Source: Candidatus Omnitrophota bacterium
Lineage (GTDB): Bacteria; Omnitrophota; Gorgyraeia; Duberdicusellales; 4484-171
Direction of reading: 5' to 3'
NCBI GenBank assembly: GCA_003154195.1
Contig: PMCS01000009.1
Coordinates: 19,014 to 83,013 of the forward strand
DNA length: 64,000 nucleotides
The notes beneath the pieces are model-generated. The model did not search any database and was not told the origin of the DNA. It was given only the letters and a program-made list of their open reading frames with translations. A program made the position numbers and the translations under genes. Each line of letters opens with the position of its first letter. Position 1 is the stretch's first letter. Of the stretch, positions 20,299-30,190 are shown piece after piece.

Positions 20299-20682
20299 AT
20301 GACTGAAAGAAGAAAGTATCCGCGAATAGCTAAATCCTTGCCCTTAAAGATTTCCGATGACGGCCAATTCGATATCGTCACGGAAACTAAGAATATCAGC
20401 GCCAACGGCGTATATTGCTGCGTAAGCAAACCAATTAAAAACTTGACCAAATTAAGCATAATATTACTTATACCCTTCCAGAAAAACAAAAAAGAAAGTA
20501 TTCGAAAAGTAAAATGCGAAGGCATCGTGGTGCGGGAAGACGAAGCGGAAAACATAAAGGACAACGGAAAACACCCTTATCGCATCGGCATATTCTTCAA
20601 TAATATAAAAGAACGCGATAAAAAAAGTCTTGCTACCTATATCGACTCGCATCTGACGGCCGGCAGCAATACCCCCATTTAA
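20299..20682 (+). CDS. Single-domain PilZ protein (start 20299)
   Basis: ERRKYPR, NISANG, GIFF. Confidence 0.88.
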   Translation: MTERRKYPRIAKSLPLKISDDGQFDIVTETKNISANGVYCCVSKPIKNLTKLSIILLIPFQKNKKESIRKVKCEGIVVREDEAENIKDNGKHPYRIGIFFNNIKERDKKSLATYIDSHLTAGSNTPI

Positions 20683-21233
20683 TGCTTTATAAGGCTTACC
20701 CCTTACCCGTAAAATTCGTCTGCGCTTTTATTTATTCCGACCCCGCCGTTTATCAGCAGACAAAATCGATCATGGAAAGGAAATTCGGCCGGGTAGACTT
20801 TGAAAGCCAAACCATCGATTTTAATTTTACCGACTATTACGAAAAGGAAATGGGTAAAAACCTGACAAGGCGGTTTATTGCTTTCACGAAATTAGCCCGG
20901 GCCGATAATTTTGTGAAAATAAAAGATTTTTGCCTGAAACTGGAAAAAAAATTCGCGCGGAATAACAAACGAATCATAAATATCGATCCCGGCTATCTGA
21001 CCGAAGCAAAACTGGTGCTGACCACGACCAAAGACTTCCACCACCGGATATATATCGGAAAGGGGATTTTTGCGGAGGTCACGCTCAGTTTTTGTAAAAA
21101 AGAGAACAACTTCCTGGATTTTCCCACTACTTTTCCCGACTACCGCACGCAAAGATATAAAGACATTCTTTTAGGCATCCGCTCGACCTATAAAGAACAG
21201 TTGAAACTTTTGCCTTCCCGTAAAATCAATTAG
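20682..21233 (+). CDS. DUF4416 family protein
   Basis: TDYYEKEMG, RIINIDPGY, HRIYIGKGI, FPDY. Confidence 0.85.
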   Translation: MLYKAYPLPVKFVCAFIYSDPAVYQQTKSIMERKFGRVDFESQTIDFNFTDYYEKEMGKNLTRRFIAFTKLARADNFVKIKDFCLKLEKKFARNNKRIINIDPGYLTEAKLVLTTTKDFHHRIYIGKGIFAEVTLSFCKKENNFLDFPTTFPDYRTQRYKDILLGIRSTYKEQLKLLPSRKIN

Positions 21234-21274
21234 CCGAAAGGATACATAAAGAAATAATCTTGGGAAATTCGGGG

Positions 21275-21496
21275 AAATTCGGGGGACAGCTACCATAATT
21301 ATCCTTGACACCCTGTCTGCTTTTGCTACAAATTCGGGGGACAGCTACCATAATTATCCTTGACACCCTGTCTGCTTTTGCTAAACTTACCCCATGCCGA
21401 GAATGGCCAGAGCAAATTCGGGGGACAGCTACCATAATTATCCTTGACACCCTGTCTGCTTTTGCTAAACTTACCCCATGCCGAGAATGGCCAGAG
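21275..21496 (+). repeat. Three nested tandem copies of the transposase left end and promoter (54, 83, 83 bp)
   Basis: Copies start at 21275, 21330, 21414 with AAATTCGGGGGACAGCTACCATAATTATCCTTGACA. Confidence 0.95.
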
Positions 21497-22160
21497 TAGT
21501 TATACCCGATATACCCCACCATATAATCCAAAGAGGTAATCGCCGTCAGCCGGTATTCTTTTCTGATGCCGATAAAAGAGCCTACCTGGATTATCTTCGT
21601 CTACATGCAAAGCCGGCCGGAATAAGCATCTGGGCATATTGCCTGATGGACAACCATGTACATTTAATCGCTGTGCCTAGGCATGAAGACAGTTTTGCCG
21701 ATGGCTTAAGCGAATCTCACAAACGTTATAGCCGTATGGTAAATTTCCGGGAAAACTGGCGCGGCCATCTCTGGGAGGGGAGATTCAAATCTTACCCATT
21801 GAATGAATTCCATCTATACGCGGCGATAAGATACGTTGAAAGAAATCCCGTACGCGCTAAAATAGTAAGACAAGCCTGGCAATACCCCTGGTCAAGCGCT
21901 CAATCTCATGTAAAGAAGGAAAAAGACAGTATTGTGGATAATTGTTTTATCTCTGATGAAATAAAAAACTGGGCAGAATATATCGCCCAAGAAGACAACG
22001 ACAACGATCTGGTACTATTCAGAAAACATTCCAACACAGGGAGGCCGCTGGGGGATAATAAATTCATCGATCTTCTTGAGGGGATAACCGGACGCATATT
22101 ACACAGGAAAAAACCCGGCCCAAAGATGGTCAAGGACAAATAATTATGGTAGCTGTCCCC
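21421..22160 (+). mobile_element. HUH (Y1) transposase element bounded by 20-bp perfect inverted repeats
   Basis: GGGGACAGCTACCATAATTA (21421-21440) and TAATTATGGTAGCTGTCCCC (22141-22160). Confidence 0.8.
21478..22143 (+). CDS. RAYT/TnpA-like HUH tyrosine transposase
   Basis: HHIIQRGNRRQ, YCLMDNHVHLI (HUH), YVERNPVRA, YPWSS. Confidence 0.93.
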   Translation: MPRMARVVIPDIPHHIIQRGNRRQPVFFSDADKRAYLDYLRLHAKPAGISIWAYCLMDNHVHLIAVPRHEDSFADGLSESHKRYSRMVNFRENWRGHLWEGRFKSYPLNEFHLYAAIRYVERNPVRAKIVRQAWQYPWSSAQSHVKKEKDSIVDNCFISDEIKNWAEYIAQEDNDNDLVLFRKHSNTGRPLGDNKFIDLLEGITGRILHRKKPGPKMVKDK

Positions 22161-22200
22161 AGAATTACCAGAATTACAAAGACCTTATAACAGTCCCCAT

Positions 22201-23145
22201 ATGATAAATAGCCGAAAAATCAAAGCCTTAGAAAAAATAGCCAAACCCCTCAACGACCGCCTTAAGGAATGCGACCTTTGCCCCCGAAACTGCAAAATCG
22301 ACCGCTTTAAGCAAAAAGGGTTCTGCAGCGTAGGCAGCCAGATGATTATCTACACGGCTTTTTTACACACCGGCGAGGAACCGCCGTTAATAACCGGGAA
22401 GGGGAGCGGAACGATATTTTTTTCCGGCTGTAACCTGAAATGCTGCTACTGCCAGAATTATAAATTTTCCCACACCCCGGAAGGCCGGATAGTAAGCGAG
22501 GAGGAGTGCGGCCGGATCATGCTTAACCTGCAAAAAAAAGGCGCCGCCAATATCAACCTGGTAACGCCCACGCATTACCTTCCCTTGATACTCAATGCAC
22601 TGCGGATAGCGTTTAAGAACGGCCTGGATATACCCCTGGTTTATAACACCTCCGGGTATGAAAAAACGGAGATCATCCGCCGGCTCAAAGGTATCGTCGA
22701 CGTCTACCTTGCCGACGTAAAATACATCTCCGGCGAAACCGCGGGAAAATATTCCCGGGCGGAAAACTACCCGTTTTACAACCAGGAAAGCCTGCGGGAA
22801 ATGTACCGGCAAAAACCCGCAGTTTTAGACGCAGACACACTGAAGGAAGGGTTAATCGTACGCCACTTGGTTTTACCGGGCCACAGCGAAGAAACCCGGC
22901 AGATTCTTTGCTGGATTAAAAAAAATATGCCCGACGCGCTGGTCAGTATAATGTTCCAATACCAGCCGTATTTCGAAGCCGCAAAATATCCGGAAATAAA
23001 CCGGATAGTAAGTTTAGAAGAATTCACCCGGATAAAAGAACTGGTCGACGAACTTGGCCTTCCCGGATGGGTACAGGAATATACCCCTGAAGAAAAACTG
23101 GCCGGAGTCTATTTCGAACCCCTTTCCGAGGATTTGTTGGAGTAA
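22201..23145 (+). CDS. Radical SAM protein, PflX-like
   Basis: CDLCPRNC, GEEP, GCNLKCCYCQN, NINLVTPTH, VRHLVLPG. Confidence 0.9.
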   Translation: MINSRKIKALEKIAKPLNDRLKECDLCPRNCKIDRFKQKGFCSVGSQMIIYTAFLHTGEEPPLITGKGSGTIFFSGCNLKCCYCQNYKFSHTPEGRIVSEEECGRIMLNLQKKGAANINLVTPTHYLPLILNALRIAFKNGLDIPLVYNTSGYEKTEIIRRLKGIVDVYLADVKYISGETAGKYSRAENYPFYNQESLREMYRQKPAVLDADTLKEGLIVRHLVLPGHSEETRQILCWIKKNMPDALVSIMFQYQPYFEAAKYPEINRIVSLEEFTRIKELVDELGLPGWVQEYTPEEKLAGVYFEPLSEDLLE

Positions 23146-23559
23146 GAAGGCTCCTGCCAAACCACCAAAAAACATACCTCAAAAACTCTCAGAAACCCCC
23201 TTTTAAGCTATAGAACCGACAAAAGCATATCAGGGGATACCTAAAAAATCACCTCCTTAAAAACGTTTTAAAACCGTAAAATCAGAAGAATTTACCCCAA
23301 TTAGTCCTTCGACTCGCTATCGCTCGCTCAGGATAATTCGACTACATCCAGCTCTGATTTCAAATAAAACCAGAGCTGGGTAAGTCTCATTAAGAAACAA
23401 GCACATTTACCGCTATTTATAACATAATCATTCAAGATAAACAGATAACGCAGAATATACCTAAAACGGTAAAAGGTCCGGCGTCATTTCACAGGAAGTT
23501 ATCCCGAATGGAAAAAATCAATACTGTCTTGCCATTCCAGCGATTTCTGATATTTATAA

Positions 23560-23590
<31 letters not shown>

Positions 23591-23748
23591 GCTATATTCC
23601 CCTTGTTTTCATTGTTTAGTTGCTAATGGGGTTTTTAAACGGGATTTTATCTTCTTTTGAGGGTTATTCTTGCGGACAAAACGCACTCTCATCTACAGCA
23701 GTTTCCGGCGGGAAAATAGATTTTATTTTTGGTAAGTTTTAAGGTAGT

Positions 23749-24057
23749 CTATTTTCCCGGAGGGTTATCCGGGGAAGAATTTATCCGGATGATTTTTCCT
23801 TTCGCCAACCCTTCGGCAATCACGTGACGCGCTGCCTTAAGGATCCGGCCGAAGGTCTGCCGGGATATGCCCATATGCCCGGCTGCAGCCTCCTGTTCCA
23901 GGCCTTCGTAGTCGGCAAGCCGAATGGCTTCAAAATGGTCCAAACCGAGCTCGACTTCGTCGGGCCGGCCGGGCTTACCCCGGGGGCTGAATTGCCGGAT
24001 ATCCGGTTCCTTATCGATTACCCGTTGTTTCTTAGGACGTCCTTTTGGTTTCATCAT
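23749..24057 (-). CDS. DUF134 family DNA-binding protein
   Basis: EAIRLADYEGLEQEAAAGHMGISRQTFGRILKAAR. Confidence 0.9.
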   Translation of the reverse strand: MMKPKGRPKKQRVIDKEPDIRQFSPRGKPGRPDEVELGLDHFEAIRLADYEGLEQEAAAGHMGISRQTFGRILKAARHVIAEGLAKGKIIRINSSPDNPPGK

Positions 24058-24160
24058 AAAAAATTACTCCGTAATTTTTTATCGGTCATGAAAACCTGCG
24101 GGTTTTCCGTCAAAAACGAGACTTTCCCTTTATTTTATTGTGAAATAAACCCCCCGGTTA

Positions 24161-24180
24161 TTATGAGCGTATGCTCATAA
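24161..24180. promoter_or_regulatory. Palindromic operator upstream of DUF134 gene
   Basis: TTATGAGC-GTAT-GCTCATAA, 2 nt downstream of minus-strand TTGAGT-16-TATATT. Confidence 0.7.
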
Positions 24181-24438
24181 ATAATATACAAGATTTCCGG
24201 CGAAACTCAAGCGGTTTTTAGGTTAAGACGAGTATCTTTCGCAAGACAGATTTTTGAAGCTCCCCCGACGTGTTCCGGCGGAAAAATCTCTCCGAAGCCT
24301 CTTCACTGTAGGTGACGGGCGAAGGCGGATTAAAACATGGGGCAACAAAAAACGGCAGCAAAAAGCGGTATTGTAAAAATCTTCGGCGGAAGCGCCTTAA
24401 AATTTTCGGTGACTATCGGACAGACCTTAGGGCTGTCC

Positions 24439-27400
24439 CTACTTCCCCCACGCCTTCCCCGCCAATTCATCAATCGTCTCCTTCGCCGAGACATCCTTCA
24501 TAAACGTAATCACGAATTGCAGGCGGTCGAAATTGGGATTCAGGGGACTGCTGGTTATGGCTTTATCCAGGCCTTCACCTTTGGTTTCCAGGTTAAAGTT
24601 ATTAGCGGTGACGTCGATGCCGCCTAAAGGCGTTGAGCCGGTTGTGTCCGTTAGGTCTGTTGAGCCCGTTAAAGGAAGCGGCGAGGCGGCGGATTTTGTC
24701 TTAACCGTTGCTACCGGGGAATTTCCCCGGCCCATAAATTGACCATTGAAAGGGGTTACTTCTTCCTCGAGACTTCTATGCAATGCGGAATATTTCTCTG
24801 CCTGCTTTTTGTTCCCTACAAGCCGATAAAGATCGGCCATATTTTTATAGTATTCCAAAATAGATACGGCACGCGAGTAACCGATACCTTTTTTACCCCC
24901 TGTATAATGATAATCAGTGGGTACCAACTTCTCAAGTATAGCAAGAGCCTTGATGGCCGCGGAACGCTCCTGGTTCGGTTCACCGATTTCATGGTAAAGC
25001 TCTACCAGTTTTAGATAGTCAAAAACTAAACCTTTTTTTTCTTCATTAAAAGGAGTTGGCGAAATTTTTTCATCGGCGTTTCGATAAACCGCGGGAATCT
25101 CCCGTTCTATTATTTTGATTTTTCTGGCATATACCTCGGCCTCTTTCTCCGGCATATGAGTATCCCTATACAGTTCCCGAAAACCGTCAAGAACATCAAG
25201 GGAGTCCGGCGATAATTCCAAAGCCTTGCGCAACGCACCTAATGCCTTATTGAAATATGTCCCTTCTGTCAAAAACCGCTCGGCGCCATGGATAATCCCT
25301 ATACTGGTATAAGTTACGCTTATTCCCATATAAGCATGAATATTATTTGGGTCAGATTTCAGCGCTTTCCGGTAAAGTTCCAATTGTTCTGGATATGGGG
25401 TGATATAGGCGTCATCTCTGTGCGCTACGGCCAGATAAGAACGTATCATCCCATCGTTAACACCCAATCTTATCTGTTGGGGCAAATCCTGCCTTATCGC
25501 GTCGTTGGCTTTTAGATACACCCCGTAGGGATGGAATAAATCGTAGAGAATAAAAGGTTGGCTTATTCCTACTTCAGAATTAGCAAGATCGACAATAACA
25601 GAACGCCCGCCTGGCAATCTTACCAGGGAAGCAATATGCAGTGTCCAGCCTCGCCGGTTGTGCCGGACAACTTCCATCGGTATCGCATCGTACCTTAAAG
25701 CCCTCGCGAGAACTAAAAATAATTGGGTTCCGCCGATGCAATTAGCTTTTTTCACCTCTAAAACGACATTCAAATCAAAAGGATATACCCCGGATTCAAT
25801 ATTAAATTTACCCTTAATCGCGGCGTATAATTCCTTAAGCCTTCCTGCCTCGTCCCCACCCGGGCTAAAGCGATAAGTATTTAAATCGGGAAACAAATTA
25901 ACTAATTCATGAACGATAGCTTGCCGTGATTTTTTATCGTAACCGAAATCCTCAAGTTGCTTACGCATCTCAAACTGCTGCCGTACATTTTGCAAAGCCC
26001 CCTCATGTTCGGAATCGCCCGCGCGATTAGCCGCGGTAATGGGCTCAGATCGATAACTCCGCTGCGGCGGTTGAGACGAAAGTAACTCATGGCCGGCGTC
26101 GGTAAGGCCCAAAATCCGCAGCTTGTCTTTCACTACTTTTCCCGCTACTGCTGCCACTCCCGCCAACAAACCGAATAAAAAAAGACCCCTGCGGGACATA
26201 TCTACCGGCGAGGCAGCGGCTGGCGAAAGTTGGTCTCTCGGAAAAGTTATAATAACAGTCGTGCCTATTACATTTTCATTGCTGACATCCATAATTCTTT
26301 TTCCATTTTGATATTGCGTAAACTGATATCCTGTATCGTTTTCTCGTTCGGAAACAAAAGAAATTTCGAAATTCCCTTTAGCTGTGTCTAAAATAGAACG
26401 TGTCGCATATCCTCGCCCAAGTGGTTTTGAGGTTCTATATTCGCCATTAACCCAGCTCTGGAAAATATCTTTTCTTATCCCTGCTCCATTATCAGATAAG
26501 ATTACCCTTGTTCCACCAGTCTGAGAATCACGCTGTATAAAAAATGATATTGCAGCTTTTCCAGAAACCTGCCCACGAACACTATCATCAGTAATATTAT
26601 CAATTCTCTCATAGACAGCATCAACAGCATTATCCACAAGATGGCCAACAATACTGGCCACACGCCCCTTGTCAACCGATGAAAGCTGGCTGTCTCTTAA
26701 AATAGTCAGAATATCTGCGACGATTTTTTTATCACCTGCGTTTCCTAAATATATTTGGCGAGCATCTGTAGAAAGCGCGCCTGGCGGCATATATGGGAAC
26801 TTCTCAGTAAAAATAGGGAAATTAATCGAAGCAGCGCCGTTGGCCGCAATAGATCCCGCCGCCGTCGGCGAACCTAACGGCACGGCCCGTTCTGGCCGGA
26901 ACAGGGTTGGCGAGGCGGCAACTTTTTTTCCAAAAGGAATCGTCCAGGTTACAGTAGTACCGGCGGTAATGCGGTGTCCCACGCTAACCTCATTATGGGA
27001 ACGGTATCTTCTCATGACATGCGCGCCGTCTTGGTGATGATAGGTATCGAATTCGATTGTCCCGCCGTAGCGGTTGACCAGCGCATCACCGTAATAGTTA
27101 CGCACATCGGTACCTACTCTTCCCAATGTCTCATCTTCCCTGCGCTTTTTTGTGCTAACAGGTTCATCGCTGAAAAGACGGCCCAGGGTGTCGACGGTTA
27201 TCCCTATACCGTTATCGCTAACTTTTATCACCAGACGGTCGTGCTCCACGCTAAAGCTGACTTCTATCATCCCTTTATATTCAGTTTCTTGCCTGGTCGC
27301 TTCCTTCGCGATACCGTCAATCGCATTATCCAGGGCCCCGCTTAAAGAAATTTGGAATGTACCATACTCATCATCACCTATCCATAAAACGGGATAATCG

Positions 27401-28926
27401 AGAGCAAGACGCAACGGCGATATTCCATGCAGTTGACTTGCGATGTCGGGAAATATTCCTAATAATACTCCGGACAAATTATTCGCTATGCCAAGTAAGT
27501 CATGAGTTTTCGTATGGGGCTTGATGATAAAATCAAAGGGTGGTAATTTTTTTTGCCACGGGATGTTTACAGATTTGGCTTTGCCTGGCGTTTTTTGGCC
27601 TGCATCGGGCGAAGATACGCTTTTATCCTTGTCTACAGCTCCTAGCGCTCTGCCTACTTCTTTACCTGTTAACTCTTCCTGCGTCAAAAACGCAGACCCA
27701 ACAGCCTTTAGTCTCCCTAAGCACGAATTTGCTGCCGGGTTTACGCCGACCTGCAAATTTAATTCCACGCGCATTGTTTCTCTAAAAGCCTCCGCTCCAA
27801 ACACCATCCCTCCAGAAGTATACCTGCGCCTTACCGGGTTTTTCCCCAATCGTTCTTCTTTCTTTACGCAGTTATATACTCCTTTTTTATAGGCTTCTAC
27901 GTAGAGGTTAAAAATCTTATCTTTTACGTTTTTGTCCTTTAGGTCTATCCCGGATATCTTCCCCTTATCGATGTAGGATTTATAGAAGGAATCTTTGAAT
28001 TTCTTACGGAACCAGACGGCGAGGACGAGAGAGTTATAGATCTGGCGCAGCGTGGCAAAGTTCTTGCCGTGGTTGACTTCCTGGTTGACTTCAGGGAGGA
28101 TGACTTCTTTGAAAACCCTTGACGCAATTTCTTCAGTTTTTCCTTTTTCGTCCTTCGTCCTTCCTCCCTCGTCCTTCTTTGTTTTTTCATCCTTCATCCC
28201 TCGTCCTTCATCCTTCGGTAGATTACGCTGCTGCGCCACGTAATCCCTCTCATGCATGACTTTTAAGCTCGCCTCGAGGACAAACGCCGTGTCTCCTTTC
28301 TCATAGACGACGCTCTTCTGAGGCATGACCCAAACCTTGTTATAAGTATTAACATCCTTCATCCCTCGTCCTTCATCCTTCATTACTGCCGTTACGCTGT
28401 CCCAGTATCTCTTTCCCAGTTCTGTTCCGGGGTAGGTCAAAGAAGAAACGAGTTGCTTCAGGCAGTAATCCTGGCCTAACAGATCTTTGCCGAGATCGGT
28501 CAGGGCTAAATTGTCTGAAGCAACACGTTCTCCTTCAAACGGTGACAGGTTGACCCATAACTCTTCCTGGGGAAGAGTTAACCCTGCCAGAAAATACTTG
28601 ATCAGACGGTCGGCTTCTTCTTTAGATACGTCATCTTTATTGGCAGTATCGACGAGGAATTCGATATTGAGAGGGTTTTTAGGATTAAAACGTAAGCCCT
28701 TCAAGACCGGGTAAGAGAATTTTTCGGATACTGAAAGGAGTTTGGTGGGTAGAGGGAGATTATAGACACTAGACGCCGGTTGCGGCGCGGGCACGACTTC
28801 GGATAAAGCCAGTGGGCTGAGCGAAGAAAAAAATACCGCCAAGGCCAGAAATACGGCGATAGCTTTGAAACCCGAGGACGTACGGCAATACGCCCCTCCG
28901 TTTTTTCGGGGGATTATTTGGGTCAT
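24439..28926 (-). CDS. Large secreted modular protein: N-terminal domain, 2 HATPase_c, transglutaminase-like and TPR, C-terminal GGID motif
   Basis: Signal peptide; DNAIDG/SDNGIGI and DNAVDA/SDNGAGI; NC..H..D triad; TPR helices; (A/S)(A/S)SP linkers; LGGIDV. Confidence 0.75.
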   Translation of the reverse strand: MTQIIPRKNGGAYCRTSSGFKAIAVFLALAVFFSSLSPLALSEVVPAPQPASSVYNLPLPTKLLSVSEKFSYPVLKGLRFNPKNPLNIEFLVDTANKDDVSKEEADRLIKYFLAGLTLPQEELWVNLSPFEGERVASDNLALTDLGKDLLGQDYCLKQLVSSLTYPGTELGKRYWDSVTAVMKDEGRGMKDVNTYNKVWVMPQKSVVYEKGDTAFVLEASLKVMHERDYVAQQRNLPKDEGRGMKDEKTKKDEGGRTKDEKGKTEEIASRVFKEVILPEVNQEVNHGKNFATLRQIYNSLVLAVWFRKKFKDSFYKSYIDKGKISGIDLKDKNVKDKIFNLYVEAYKKGVYNCVKKEERLGKNPVRRRYTSGGMVFGAEAFRETMRVELNLQVGVNPAANSCLGRLKAVGSAFLTQEELTGKEVGRALGAVDKDKSVSSPDAGQKTPGKAKSVNIPWQKKLPPFDFIIKPHTKTHDLLGIANNLSGVLLGIFPDIASQLHGISPLRLALDYPVLWIGDDEYGTFQISLSGALDNAIDGIAKEATRQETEYKGMIEVSFSVEHDRLVIKVSDNGIGITVDTLGRLFSDEPVSTKKRREDETLGRVGTDVRNYYGDALVNRYGGTIEFDTYHHQDGAHVMRRYRSHNEVSVGHRITAGTTVTWTIPFGKKVAASPTLFRPERAVPLGSPTAAGSIAANGAASINFPIFTEKFPYMPPGALSTDARQIYLGNAGDKKIVADILTILRDSQLSSVDKGRVASIVGHLVDNAVDAVYERIDNITDDSVRGQVSGKAAISFFIQRDSQTGGTRVILSDNGAGIRKDIFQSWVNGEYRTSKPLGRGYATRSILDTAKGNFEISFVSERENDTGYQFTQYQNGKRIMDVSNENVIGTTVIITFPRDQLSPAAASPVDMSRRGLFLFGLLAGVAAVAGKVVKDKLRILGLTDAGHELLSSQPPQRSYRSEPITAANRAGDSEHEGALQNVRQQFEMRKQLEDFGYDKKSRQAIVHELVNLFPDLNTYRFSPGGDEAGRLKELYAAIKGKFNIESGVYPFDLNVVLEVKKANCIGGTQLFLVLARALRYDAIPMEVVRHNRRGWTLHIASLVRLPGGRSVIVDLANSEVGISQPFILYDLFHPYGVYLKANDAIRQDLPQQIRLGVNDGMIRSYLAVAHRDDAYITPYPEQLELYRKALKSDPNNIHAYMGISVTYTSIGIIHGAERFLTEGTYFNKALGALRKALELSPDSLDVLDGFRELYRDTHMPEKEAEVYARKIKIIEREIPAVYRNADEKISPTPFNEEKKGLVFDYLKLVELYHEIGEPNQERSAAIKALAILEKLVPTDYHYTGGKKGIGYSRAVSILEYYKNMADLYRLVGNKKQAEKYSALHRSLEEEVTPFNGQFMGRGNSPVATVKTKSAASPLPLTGSTDLTDTTGSTPLGGIDVTANNFNLETKGEGLDKAITSSPLNPNFDRLQFVITFMKDVSAKETIDELAGKAWGK

Positions 28927-29118
28927 GAATAATCACCTTACTATTATCCCAACTTTTGCGTTAGAGCATGGCAAAAAACGCTGACTGGTGATTATAATTT
29001 AACATATCTAATCGGGAAAAACCGGATAAAAGGCAGGTTTTTTGGGGGTTTTTGAAAACGTTTACCGAAGCGGCTTTTCTGATGTTTGTGTCCGAAAGTA
29101 CCTACGGAATAAGTTTTT

Positions 29119-30186
29119 TTATTTTGTTTTTGCTCTCACCGCCCATCTCAATATCGCGCTCTTCGAGCGCGGATTATCATACCGCTCCTGGGGTGTCGGC
29201 CGGATGGGTTCGCGGCAGATATCGGAATATGCCCCCGTCGCCAATCCTTCATCGAAAAACCGGGCAACGCGGTTATCCTCGCCCGAGTGAAACGTCAGGA
29301 TTGCCGCCCGGCCGCCGGGCTTAAGGCAAATCGGCAGGTTTCTCAAAAATTGCTCGAGAGCGGAAAACTCATCGTTGACCGCGATGCGCAATGCCTGAAA
29401 AGTTCTCCTGATCGAAGTCGTTATTTCCTCCCGGGGATTTTCAAAAGATACTCCGGCCAGCGCCTCCCGTATGGCATCAGCCAGCGCAGTAGTCGTAGCA
29501 ATCATATTTTTGTTTTTATGAATCGCCCGGGCGATCTCGCACGCGTAAGGTTCGTCGGAATTGGCAAAAAGTATCTTCTCCAGGGCTTTTTCCGATATCG
29601 ATTTGACCAAGGCCGACGCAGGCTGGCCCCTTTGGGAGTTAAACCTTAAGTCGAGCGGCCCTTCTCTTTTAAAAGTAAACCCTCGCGAAGGATTATCAAG
29701 CTGCATCGATGAAACGCCGAGGTCGGCAAGAATGAAATCAAAACCGCCGCCGGCAGAATCAAGCAGTTTGGGGATACCGGCGAAGTTTATACGCCGGGCG
29801 ACAAATTCATTTTCGTTAAAGCCGGCCTTCCTGAGACGGGCCTCCGTGCGCGCTAATTCTACAGGGTCAACGTCGATACCAAAGATACGCCCTCCCGGGC
29901 TGACACGCGCCAGCAATTCCTGCGCGTGCCCACCAAAACCCAGTGTCGCGTCCAATCCAACCTGGCCGGGCTCAGGCCTAAGCGCTTCGATGACTTCCTT
30001 AACGCAAATCGAACGGTGCATCCCCGCGGGTGTCTTGCCGCTTTTTATGATCTTTTTTACATCGTCGGCATATTTTTCGAAATTAAGCTCTTTATACTTT
30101 TCTTCAAACCGGCGGGGATGCGTGCCCTTATAGCGTACGCGCCGCTTTCTTTTAGGTTCCTCATTACTTATGGTAGTATTTTCCAT
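29119..30186 (-). CDS. rsmH: RsmH-family 16S m4C methyltransferase (stand-alone, N-terminally extended)
   Basis: DATLGFGGHA, DLGVSSMQLD, FQALRIAVNDE, FHSGED, NPRSKSAILR. Confidence 0.88.
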   Translation of the reverse strand: MENTTISNEEPKRKRRVRYKGTHPRRFEEKYKELNFEKYADDVKKIIKSGKTPAGMHRSICVKEVIEALRPEPGQVGLDATLGFGGHAQELLARVSPGGRIFGIDVDPVELARTEARLRKAGFNENEFVARRINFAGIPKLLDSAGGGFDFILADLGVSSMQLDNPSRGFTFKREGPLDLRFNSQRGQPASALVKSISEKALEKILFANSDEPYACEIARAIHKNKNMIATTTALADAIREALAGVSFENPREEITTSIRRTFQALRIAVNDEFSALEQFLRNLPICLKPGGRAAILTFHSGEDNRVARFFDEGLATGAYSDICREPIRPTPQERYDNPRSKSAILRWAVRAKTK

Positions 30187-30190
30187 CGCC

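Noticed and set aside
21275-21496. Possible CRISPR array
   Set aside because: No unique spacers; sequences between repeats are identical nested extensions of the transposase 5' end; no cas genes.
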